Shown here piece after piece: positions 39,903 through 52,842 of a DNA stretch of 64,000 nucleotides (the stretch's first letter is position 1; each line of letters opens with the position of its first letter). The position numbers were made by a program, and so were the translations under genes. The stretch lies in NCBI GenBank assembly GCA_964247055.1, contig OZ176050.1, forward strand, positions 4,340,001 to 4,404,000, in the 5' to 3' direction. The notes beneath the pieces are model-generated. The model was given only the letters and a program-made list of their open reading frames with translations, was not told where the DNA came from and searched no databases. The DNA is from Paragordius varius (lineage: Eukaryota > Animalia > Nematomorpha).

Positions 39903-42900
39903 TACATCATGGGTTTAATTTACATTTACAAAAAATAAATAACTAAAAATGGTCTAATAAGCAAACAAAAATATTAAAAAAGAAAAATAGTTTTTTGTAG
40001 TTTCCTATTATTGTATTCTTAAGTCAGCGCGGTATCTAAAAAATTGATGATATTAATGTTTGCCCTGATATTTCATTAATATATTATAATAAACAAATTT
40101 AATTTCATCGGCCTTTAATTTTCTGATAAATAATATTTGAATAATGATTCATATGTTATTACATTTAATTATAAATTCATTATAAAACACAAATTTTTAA
40201 AACTAATTAAAGATGTCCTACATATTTGAATGTCAACGGTAGTTTTAAAATAGGTGTGCTTGAGCTTGTCGATATCATAGAAAAAATTCTAGCATAATTA
40301 TATATAGCATTATATAATTTTTTAATATTTAAATTTTTGTTAAAAAGCAGGAGTATATCGAGTTTTAAGGTTAAATTAATCAAAAGTGCGTTACACTTTC
40401 GTGTTTTTTTTGTTTCAATTTTGCAGCGAAGAAAGTTTGTTACTTGCTATAAGGATGACATTTGCGACACACTATTATAATGGTAAAAATTTGAATAGAC
40501 TTAAAAAACATAAAAATATTTTTGAGCTATAAACATAATTAAATGAGACGACATTGATTGTTATTTTTGAATCTTAATAATTATAACATTTATCCAAAAA
40601 AATAAATGATAATTTTGATTCGAAAATATCGAAAATACTATTTTATCATCCACAACTACCAATTCGAACGAGTATTCTCAAACAAAAGGGTAATATTAAA
40701 CGGGTATGATAAATATTTTAGATTTAACTATCGGCAACACTACGTTTCAAAATCAACAGTATAATAATAAATGCAAGTCTCTCACAATAATATATAAATT
40801 GGGAACTCAGTATTTTCGTTTATTAAAGATTTTTCTAGATTTTCTACGAAACCTATTAAGACTAAATTTGTTAATAATATTGGTAAATTATCTAAATATT
40901 GGGGCTAAGACTCAAAATTTATTATAGTTATTGCATATTATATGTATACTTTTCAATTATTTTTCAATGTTTCTTTTATCTTTTGATTATAGGCAAACTT
41001 ACCCCTATCATTAATAATTAAATCATACATATTATTTTTATGAAAACAATTATAACTGCATATTTTGGTCGATAATGTGTGATAATTGATAGATTTTTTT
41101 GGTCTCTTTTCTGTCATATTCTTTCATTGGTACTACTGATGATTAATTCATGAAGTTAAGAAAAGACTTTTACACTTTTATTGTAACGTTTTTGTTGAGA
41201 GGAAAATATTTTGCTAGCTTTGCCATGTTTTTAAATAATAGTCATCCGTTAATGATAAAACATAAAAAATTTTAAGTAAACCACACCAATGCCACAAAAC
41301 AATTATCATGTATTAAAATTTATAAATAATTTCTCAGAGGTAATTTTTTGCATTGTCTTGCTTCCTTCTTTCTATCATTGCAGAAGAAAAAAAAGTTTTG
41401 TCAAACCTATCTATGAAACCACGCATTCATTAGACAATGCATTTATGAGAAATTAAGCATAGATATAGATATTTTGGAAATTTTAAAATTTATGTTTAAT
41501 ATAATGTTAGAATAATTAATTAATTATTATTATTATTATATCGAGTTAATTTGCTTTTGTACATAACTTTATATGCAGAGGATTTATTTTAAAATATTCA
41601 TTTATTTTTTACCTTTAAAAAGTTTCAATTACACTTTTAACACATGATATCATATATATATTTGCATGCGTTTAAAATTTTTTAAGGGAAAAATTAAATG
41701 TTTTGGTTAAAGAAAGTTATCCTAACTAATAAATAATTAATGCGTTTGTGATATTTGGATATTTTGTTTTACCTGAAAAATTATTGGTAAATCTCTAACA
41801 AAAACAAAAAATAAATCCATGTTTTTAGCTAAATCTAATGAATTTGGTTTAAAATTTTCACGAATATCTTACATTTTTAAGGTGAAAAAAGTGTTATAAA
41901 TTAATTTAACACATCCTTAATTATTCTATGTAATGAGGGCAAGAAATTGTATACATCAGTTAAAATTATATGATTTTAATTATCAGCCTAAATATTCTAA
42001 TTTTAAACGGTTTCAGATTTTCAATTACAACCTACTGGATTTTTTGTTTTTTATGTTTCTCGAAGAACTTTATTATTATTTTTGGGTAATACAAAATTTT
42101 TGTATACAAAAATGAACCTATAAGGTAATTTGTCCTAATTTTTTGGCGCATTAGATATTAATTTTCACTTTTATCTATACTAAGCTTGAAAAAATTTTAA
42201 AAAGTAATATGGTTGGATGAGTTTTTAAATATTTCTTATTCTGATAATTGACTGGTGTTCACAAATGACTATATTTGCATTATATTCAGTCAGACTGATT
42301 GTTTAAATTTTTTATAACTCTTTTTCTATTAAATTATCTGAATATAACCGTTGCATAACAAAAAATAAGGAATTTATTTTATTATATATAATAAAATTGG
42401 CAAATTTCGTTTTCATACTACTTTGGGGTCTCATAAAAATAAACTTTGCTCAAACTATTTTAACTCTGTAAATGTTGAAGGAAATGCATAATATAATTGT
42501 TTTTTAATGAGTTGGTTTCTATAAAAACCGTTGCGGTTAAAATATAAAAAATAGCGCTTTTCGTCAATTAAAGCTATTTTTAGCCAAAACTCTTATTTAT
42601 TTATTTAATACGGATGGCTGTGTTGCTAAAGTCATGGTCGACTTTTTGCCAGATGGAAAAAACCCTCCAGAATTGCAATCAATTTTAGTTGATATATGCG
42701 ATGGTTAGAAAAACCAACAGCTTTTGGTTTTAGTTTGGAATGGGCATAAACATTATTTGAGTCTCATTAATTAAGTCATAACAAACAATCAACACCTTAA
42801 GTTTGAAATGGTATGACACCAATTTTATACATTTGATATAGATTGGTAAAACCTTGAAGTTTGTCCTAAATTAAGTCTAAAAGGATATATATACCTATCA

Positions 42901-44500
42901 TAGTTATAAAGCTTAAACAGTTATTTAAAGTTTTTATAGCCCGCCCTTAATAAGAGGTAGAGAGTCGTGATATTTTGTACTGACTATTAGCCAAAATATA
43001 ACATTTATTATTAATTATATTTTGATTCTTCCAATATTAGATATTAACATTTTGTATTCTCCATATTTATCTCCTATGAATACAATTTTTGCAAGGTCAC
43101 ACACATCTTAAACAACAAATTATTATTCGTTAAAATATTTTGAAAAATACATAACTAACTTTGTACCATTAACACATTTTATCACACCTAAAATTCATAG
43201 AGATAACTAAAATACATATTAATTTCTTGTGTTTTTAATTGTCAACTTATTTTGTTTTTGTGTCACCTTTTATTCAAATTTGATTTCATCTCAATGTTTG
43301 TTTGTCGCATATTTTCGTTGTTTTTGGCATAACTCTACATATGTGTGTTACACGTTTTCAAAAAAATTGTTTTTGTTAGGCAATAAAAATCTAATTTTAT
43401 ATCTTGGTTACTATAGTTAAAATATATATGTTATAAAAAGATAAGCCCAATAAGGTGCATTATTATTGATAGGTATTTGAACTAGAATTTAATCAGTCAC
43501 AATTTTAAATCTTATTTTTAAATTATCATAGGATAGTATTTCAAAACATAATGTATAATTTTTTCACTAAAATTTTCTTTATAACAGTAAAACTATATAT
43601 ATTAGGCTTAACACAGTTCCTAATATAAAATAGATTTTTTGGACGAATAACAAAAAAGATTTTACATTTTTTAGTTTTAAAAAAGGTTTATAAATGTTAT
43701 GCTATTTGTAAAAATCATTGTCCCGTTAACCTAACCGTTACAAATGTAGAAACATTGTTTTCAAATTATTAAACATCGTCCGCAATTAAATAATAAAATT
43801 TGTCAAGAGGGTCTTGAATTTATATTTTCTATTGCGTATAAGAAGACAATTTCCTTAAGATGAATCTTTGCAGTACTTTTCACAAATTAAATTTATAACT
43901 ACTAAGTTGTTATGAAATCTAGTTTTTTTATCTTTATGTTTTTCACCTCTATATAAATTATTCAATTAAATTACGGTTATTACAAAAGCATTATTATGCA
44001 TGCAAATTTTATGAAAATTAGTTTATACTACATGACCAAAATAAGTACTTTAAATATCCTCTAATTGTATTAATGTTGCTTAATATTTTGTATATTTATA
44101 AATATTTCATCATAATTAATCCATTAAAAAATTAACATAAAAGACAAAATGCATCCAAACTTTTAAATTTTACTTAGGAAAAGCATTTAAAACATTCATA
44201 TTTGAAAATGCTTAGTTTTTTATGGATAAATAATAACGAAGCTATAGGCCCAATTACGATTTTAATTTAATGTATGATATTATAATTTATGGAATATTTA
44301 ATTTATAGATGTGGTCAAATTTGAAAAGGGCATCTTAGTGACAAATTATTGCTCTATTGGCAGAGTTCGTTGAAGTAACCTTTGTCTAAATACAATACTT
44401 ATTGTGATATTCTATTAAATTCCATTTATGCAGCACCGATCTCCAATTATCTCACCAGCCATTTTTTCTTTTTTATATAAACCTTATAATTTAATTTAAA

Positions 44501-47500
44501 ATGTTGCATTGTTATAATTCATATCCGTTGCCCGAAAGGGGGGTCAATCATATAATTGGCGAACTCGATGATAAAATTAATAATGATCCCCAAAGAAAGT
44601 TTATTTCAAACTGTCACCGTAATGTATCGAATTCCATCTCTTATTTCTATAATAATAATAGAAAAAAAGGTATATCCAACAATGACTATGTTAATAAACA
44701 AGCCTATCCCGACAATCTTGTCACAAAATTTAAAACGTTACGTCGAATCCTTACTTTGAACGATATAAAGAATGTTTGCACCAAGGCACCACTCACATTG
44801 GATAAACCGAAAACAAATATTTCAAATGACCATAATAATTTGGATAATTTAAACACATTTTCGATTGACAGCCATGTTAAAACCACATCGTCTGCGTTTG
44901 CTTCTGCTAAAGACATCATACCGTCTAGGAATGTTCAATCGACTCCGCCATATGATACAATCAAATCTAAACCATTTACGTTTGATGAACCAATACATAA
45001 AATTTTAGATAAAGAACAACTAATATCGAATACGGATAATAATGTTAACATGACTCAAATCTCCCATACCCATACAACGTTACAGTGTTTGGAATGCGAT
45101 TTTTGCACGGAAAATGCTCAAACATTAGATAGCCATTATAGAGCAGAACATATCAAAAATTTGAGTGAAAATTTAGTGGAACCTTACAAAACCAATCTTC
45201 AACACAGGAAATTGTTCAAAGGTAAAAGCTTAGAGGAACGCTTTGATTCAGTGAATAATAGCTGCAATGATGATATCAAGAACCGAAGAAAATCATTGAT
45301 ATATTTATCGAATGTCCATCAAACGATACGACGAAAATCTGAAGTCCAACAAAACAACTTAAAGTATATTGATAATTTCATAGATTTATTAGATTTTTGA
45401 AATTTTATTTTTATATGATATAAGGATATCTGGAGGGGAAAATATCAATTGTTAGGGTTTATTCTGTATAAAAATTTCAAATAGTTTAATGCTTTTGCAG
45501 TTATCTTTTTTGAAAAACCTCGTTACATAAATCCAGTAATTAATAGAGCAAATCTTTTGCACTTTGTGTGAAATATTGAATCAACAATATTTGCTTAATA
45601 AGCCAATAAAATGTAAGTTTTTAAATAACATTTAAACCTGACTATAGACTCAGAGGCGTGTGAAACGTGCCACTTTCATAAAACAAAATAATATTTAACA
45701 TCATTTGAGTTTAAAACAGTTATATATTAAAGACTAAAATCTAAAGTTAAAATGGGTCATTACTAATATCTTCAAAACCAAGTTATATATTTAGGTGTCT
45801 GGAATGTTCCTACGAAACTTTGGATCAATCCATTTTAGACCTTCATTACAAAATGAACCATTCTTTGTTATCGATTAAACCACAAAATAGCGAATATATG
45901 AAACTCTGGGAAAACATCAATTATAAAAGTAATAATAATTTTAATAACATGGGCCACAATGATCAAAAATCTTTCAAAACTCTCAAATTTTATGAGAACA
46001 ACCTTAAACCATTAATCAGCAAATATAATTGTGAATCAAATCCAATCGATGTCTCTACTCAAACTGATATTCAGCCATTAGAAACATCAAATTCTGAAAA
46101 GATTGATACTTTGACTGATTTGCAACCAACAAGAAATTTTTTCCTTCGGCATTCTATCAAACGCAAAAATAATGCTAAAAATCAAAATTATCTAAAATTT
46201 AGAGGTCTTTTAATGCAGCGACTGTGGAATGTCATATCCACAAAAACTAATAATAAAACAGGGCCTTGTTACCCAAAATCCTATAAACGGTAAGGCCTGT
46301 ATAAATATAAATTTTTTAAAATTTAATAAATCATCTTTATTATAAGTTGGTTAGATATTTATTTAGGTAAAAAAATAGAGCAATTGTAACTCTTATATAT
46401 TTATTTTAAATTAATATCCGGGTAGTCGGACATTTAGGACTTGTTTTAACAGTAATCTTGAGAAACTGTAACTTTTCAAAATATAATTTTGAATTTTATT
46501 TAGGTTAAAACTCAATATGTCCCCAACCGTTGCCACTGCTCATTACTACGTTCCAATGTTCTCCCGTTTGCGGTCTAAAATTCGGATTTTCCCCAAGAAA
46601 AACAGCACAATTATCCACAATAATAACAATTGGATTAAAAAATCTCGGGATAAAAAATTACTTAACAATTTATCGGATCCCAAATTGAAAATGTTATTGG
46701 GTTCAAGGGTAGGCGCCCAATCCCAAAATAATTTTTTTAAATACGATTTGATGTTTAATACAACAAAAATCAATTACTCTGCTAATAAAAATGAACCGGT
46801 GAAAACGCCAATCGAATCAGATAAATTTGAAGAACATCCAAATTTTATAAATCCCATGACAAAAGAATATAAGTGTCAGGATTATGGAGTTCGACTACAA
46901 AATGGGACCAAACTTTTAAATGGTCAGACGACAGTCAATTTAGAATCTCTAAAAACACAAAATAATAATAACAATAATAATAATAATAGTAATTTAACAT
47001 GTAACCCAAAGCTGTATATATGTCCATTTGCTCAGGAGTTGAAATGTTCATTCCAAACCCGAAATAAAAAACGATGGGCCGACCACCTGGACCATCATCG
47101 TGGCTTCAAGAATCACCAATGTCAATTATGTCGTTATCGAACAACTTGGTATGAAAATTTGAATCAACACATGAAACGTATGCACCCTTATTTGATGTCC
47201 GGCGGCCTGATGGGAAAACAGATAACAGGAATTAAAGGGCGTAGAGCATCGACTGGTTATACACTCGATAACGGTAAATTATGGTTTTTATATATATATA
47301 TATATATATATTTATGAGTGTACTTGTTTAGAAAAAATATTATTATATAAATTACGGAGATATAAGTATTGGGAAAGTTGAACTAGGCCAGAGTGAAACT
47401 ATAATAATATATACACGGGTCCTTTTGTATAAAAAACCGGTAAATTTAAAAAACAATTCAAAAAAATGCTTTTTTATATTGGTGACCAGTCATTTTAAAG

Positions 47501-50265
47501 CTCACTCATGCGCGCGCGTAGTTCTGCCGCTGTTAATCTTAACCATTTTATTGTAACTTAAACTAAAATTATGTGAAAATCGACTTGGAATACTTATTAT
47601 GACCATTTTAAAAATCATACAAACCAAACGACTAAAATTATTTTTGTTGGACTAAATAAGCTCAAATAATAATATATTATATATTATACGGTGGCCTGTT
47701 AAAGTTGTATTCCAAGATTTTTTGCATAATAAATAATTGTCATACAATATCATTTGTTGCCTCTTGTAATATTAACACATTGATTGACACAATAGTGCTG
47801 GAGAGCTATGCCATTTCCTTATTTTTATAGAAGAAATTTAATTCCTTGACTTAATTTTTACATTTTTTTATAAAAAAATTATAGGAGGACATTCTAAAAC
47901 ACCTTTGTTGCATTCTGCGTTACTTGGAGCTTTAGAAATTCCCAGATCTTTTGTGAAGTACCCAAGCTTTGAAAAGACAAATAATCAAAAGAATGATCAA
48001 ACATCTACAACTAACGCAAATATTTTAAAAACAATATTAAAACCGTCAGAAACGAACGGAAATTTTATTACATCGTATAAAATACGACCGGATACAGTTT
48101 TGGAGATAAATGATGAAAATAAAGATTTCATCAAAATTTCCAGTGAACAATTAAACTATAACCACCCATACTCCACAATTAATAAAGAACAATTAATTAC
48201 AATTAATAGCCTCAGCAAAAACGAAGACGAAAACATACCTCCCAAAGCAATTAACAGCAACAATGGAGACAATTCGTCGGCCCTACACATAAATCAAATG
48301 ATGTGGTCTCAATACTTTTTATACAATTACTTGAATCGAAACGGCGTTCGCACCAGGCATGCGACATACCCTTTTGATAGTGCGGAAGCAGATCAACAGG
48401 AGTTATTACCATGTTTAACATCCCAGGAAATGTCATATCCTGATGAATTTACAAAATTTACTTCTCTTCGTGAGGAAAAGCAAGCTTTTGAATGTCCATC
48501 TAATTTAACACAAACCTCGAATCCTGATCCATTCTCTCGCCTAATGTCGGGCAATAATGGTCCAAATTCAAATACCTTGGCTTATTGGTATCAAAAAGTT
48601 TATCAAGAATATTATAGATATTATACAAGCCTTATTTCACCGATTGCTCCCTCTCTTTATCAACGTAATCCTAACAAATGGTTAAATACCAATTTGGAAT
48701 CCACAATGAAGGTTGTAGCACACGATACAAGGGATAACGATAATAATAGTGTTTTTAATGAACCTGAACCGCATATTAATGCACCAAATTTAAATTGTGA
48801 ATCAGCGCGCACTAAAAATTTAAAAGATTTAAATGTTAAACCAAATACTGAACTTAATAAAAAGATTGTAGACAACGAATGTAAGAGGATAACTCCAATC
48901 ACACATTTGGACAAGGAAAACTGTCAATCCAAACTGAATTTTTCAGGAAATAATGGTAATTCCAATATATCAAGCGGATTGATTAATAGAACCCTAGAAC
49001 TTTATCATAAAATTAATTCTGATAACTACAAAAACTTGTCTAATGATAGTAATAGTTTCATCCAAAACCAAAATAATTTTTTAACTGCTAACAAAGATGC
49101 ATTATCTCAATTGAACAATGGGCGAATGCACTTTAGCAATGCTCGAAAGAAATCAAAAATCAAAAAAATTAATTACATAAAAAATCATTCCAAAATCATG
49201 AAAAATGCTCAAGAATTATCTAATATTCTCAATTCACCAAATCAAATAATAATACCAAGTATTTTTAATCGTTTGTAATATTAGGTTATACTAATAATTT
49301 TGTTTTCAAACCTTTTCAACCCATGTAATTAAGTATCCTGTTTAGAAGGTGAATTGGACATTTGTTTTTTAATATTGGAATATTCAAGAATTCATATAAT
49401 TATAAATTTAATTTAGTCGTTAAATAAAAATTTGTGTATTAAACTAAAGGAAAGATGCTACATTATTAAATATCCTCACAATCAACCGCTTATTTTAGAT
49501 AATCAAACATTTTTAAGTGATGGGAAAAATTATATATTATCCATTGATAGGCTAGTATATTATATTTTTTCATTTTAACATTTTTTAAATCCACATTTTT
49601 ATAATAATTATGTTTATATAGGTAGAAAAAGTTTCGAATTAAATACATTTAACTTTATGACGACACCATCCATGAGCCAAGAACCACCGCCAGAATCAAT
49701 GTTATCAAATGACTTAAAAGCTTTGGCGGAAGCCGCTATGCTTATAGAATCGGCATCGACAAACATAAGATCTAACATTCCAACGCCACTAACTACGCCC
49801 GAAAAGCCCGAAACTTATGAAAATTTACAAAATTTAGGCCCTTTTAACCAACCCAACGCATATAAAGATGTGGAAAAAAATTGTAAAACCTTTGAATTAA
49901 AAATCGATGAATACGCTTTCCCATCGAATTCCAATTCAACTAACACAGAGATAAATCCTAATGCGCTAGCAATAATGACTCCTAGCATAAATTTTTCTCA
50001 CCACCAAACCCAGTCGCCAAAAGATGTATCCATAAACGAAAATAATTATCAAAATCAACAATTACTGATAAAACGACAAAGAACGCATCATTGTACATTG
50101 GCTGGTTGTAACTTTGAAGCTTACGATAAAAATCGCATGTTGGACCATTTAGCTGCGCACAGAGGCGAAAAACCGCATGGATGCCCGTTTTGTGAGTTTC
50201 GAACATCTTGGAGATTTAACATAAAAAATCATATAAGAAGCAAACATCCAAATATGTCATTGTAA
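44501..50265 (+). CDS. C2H2 zinc-finger protein, 6 dispersed fingers, 1381 aa, 5 exons
   Basis: Exons 44501-45363, 45795-46289, 46504-47273, 47885-49258 (donor 49259 chosen; a nearby in-phase GT at 49271 is possible), 49622-50265; 4146 nt in frame. Fingers: CLECDFCTENAQTLDSHYRAEH; CLECSYETLDQSILDLHYKMNH; pair CPFAQELKC...HLDHH / CQLCRYRTTWYENLNQHMKRMH; pair CTLAGC...HLAAH / CPFCEFRTSWRFNIKNHIRSKH. Confidence 0.88.
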
Positions 50266-52163
50266 TAATAAAATAAAATTTTTCATATATAATTCAATAT
50301 TTTATTAATTTAATGAAGTAATATTGTAGATTTAATGGGCATTGTGCAACTTAAATATCTAAATTAATTTTATCCAACGTGTAATATGACTCATTTATTA
50401 TTGTGATACTACCAAAAAAGCTACAAAATTAACAAAAAGCCATTTTGCTTTTTCGGATCCACATATTCCAATTATTGTTTTCATGTTTTACGTTGCAATG
50501 ATCAATTAAATATTATTATTCAAATTTAATTCCAAAATTTCTTTTAATCTAGAAAACCAAATTTACGTGTGATATTATTATATTTATCATATAGATATTA
50601 GATAGCTCATATGAATTACCATGTGATACAAATGCAATATAAATTTGGAATATTTATAATATATATATAATTATATTTAGATATATATCATTTTCAAATT
50701 ATCTCAAAAAATTTGAGCTAATAACCTTTTTCGATATATGAAATCCTGTAAACATTAATAATGAACCAAACATTTACACATTCACACACCTTATTTAACA
50801 ATTTGTTTCACTGTTTTAGAATAGATAAGTATAGTTTAAATATTGATATCGACATATTATAAATATGATAGTGTATCAAATTTCCTAATATATCTTTACG
50901 CTTTGAGAAGTCAGTTATGATAAATCATAGGCTTTAAAAATGAAAAAATCTGGGTTAATCGGCAAAAAGTTAAATGAAATGTATGCCAAAATCCAATTGG
51001 TTATAACTTTATAAAGCATGGAGTAATTAAATACTGTTGTTATACATTTATTACAATATTCGGTACATAAAGTAGTTAAACACCCGTTGATAATAATTTT
51101 TAAATTTTCAAATTTTAGAGTCATTAAATTTTAACATGTTAAATTAACGTGAAGGCTTTGGCCAAAATTATAAATTAACAAAATATATGCCATGTTAATC
51201 GAATACTGTTGCATCCTGTTTTAAAACGATATATTCAAAAATTGTAAATTGTATTATAGGGCTAATAATAGGTGAATCAATTATCGAAACCCGTTAATTT
51301 TAATAATCGATTCGCTAAATCCATATTTATATACCATAATTGTTTTCAAGAATAAATAATCATTAATAGTTACATAACATGCAGTTTTTCATATTTGAAC
51401 AAAAGATGAAATATCTATATACATTAGGTGAATTAGAGGTCCATTGCAATCAATTTGTTTATGAAATGTAATGTACTTCATCCAAATTTTAAAGTTTTCT
51501 TAACTTAATGTATCATAGGCAAAACAAATCCAATATCGTCTGCCATGAGGAAATAATTTATTTAGTCAGACTATAGGTTAGTCAGACATCTAATTCAATA
51601 CAGGATATTTTTATATCTTTTATACGATATTAGTGTATCTTATGAATATTCCTGCAAACTTATGGTGAGTATTTTTTTGTACATATTATGTCATTAATGA
51701 TATTTATTATTAAATTTATGGATATTATGTTTTTCATTAATACATACATGTTAAGACCCTAACTATATATCATAATCATCTACATTTATCAAAAATATAA
51801 AAGTTAAATCTCTAATTTGATAATTATATTTAATATTGTAATTACATTCGAAAAATCATTAATCCGCATTGTGGATTATAAGTAATTTTATTCCTTATCT
51901 GTGATTTTCAATCTTTTGATCACATAATAACATTGAAAGCGGAAAAATGGTTTGTTTTATAGCTAGCAACAAAATTATATTGATCATTGAAGTATGCGAA
52001 TTAATGTTTTGAGTTAATACACCACTAAAGTTTATAATAGCAAACTTATTAATCCTGCAAAAATAAATTTAGCAATTTTTAGATGGTTATCTTCTTGTGT
52101 CAGAAAGCGAGCGACACAATTAAATTAAGGTTTACACCCATCTAGTTTTAAAAAAGTTTTGAA

Positions 52164-52207
<44 letters not shown>

Positions 52208-52842
52208 TAATAAAAAAGGAATTAATAATTTTAGATTTTAATGTTAAGGATTAATTAAGAAATTTTAAAACTTATATCTTTACAAAAATTGAATCTACTG
52301 ATAACATCGTTTTACAATTTATAAGATATGCTTGTACTATTAATAGCGGCACAATCGTTATAGTTTTCTTAAACACTCAGAAAATAATTTTTAATTTCAT
52401 GAAAATATTATTTTTTAAAATTTTTTAGTGTATGGTATCCGGGCGAATTGCACGAAATTAAAGACTAAAATATTATAAATCATATAAAGAATCGATCTTA
52501 ATCATAAAACATTTTTTAACACCAAATTAAATTACATAATCATTATTATTATTAATACTAATTAATTATGGTAAAAATAAATCCAAAAGAATACATAACT
52601 AACCCAATTTAAATATGTATAAAACTTTAAACATCCAAATCCAATCCCCTCAAAAATCAATAGATTAAGATAAAAGCGTACTTTAAAATTGTAAAACATA
52701 TTTTAAACAAAAAATATTATTACAGTCATCAAACTACGTTTTTAATACAATTCGGTATCTCTCCCTATGGAACGATAAAAATTAAACAAGATTGCGTCTC
52801 AAATATTCATAAATTTGATATATATTTTTTTGTCGAAGCAAT

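Noticed and set aside
42610-42880. Possible pogo/Tigger transposase remnant (LLVLVWNGHKHYLS)
   Set aside because: Only one weak motif, with no TIRs or further DDE motifs; too little to annotate.
44290-44375. AG-preceded exon-like segment upstream of the zinc-finger ATG
   Set aside because: It has stops in all three frames before any usable donor; at most a UTR exon, which cannot be supported here.
52168-52204. (TA)n tracts here and near 9657, 36579, 47288 and 57168
   Set aside because: Ordinary microsatellites in an AT-rich genome.
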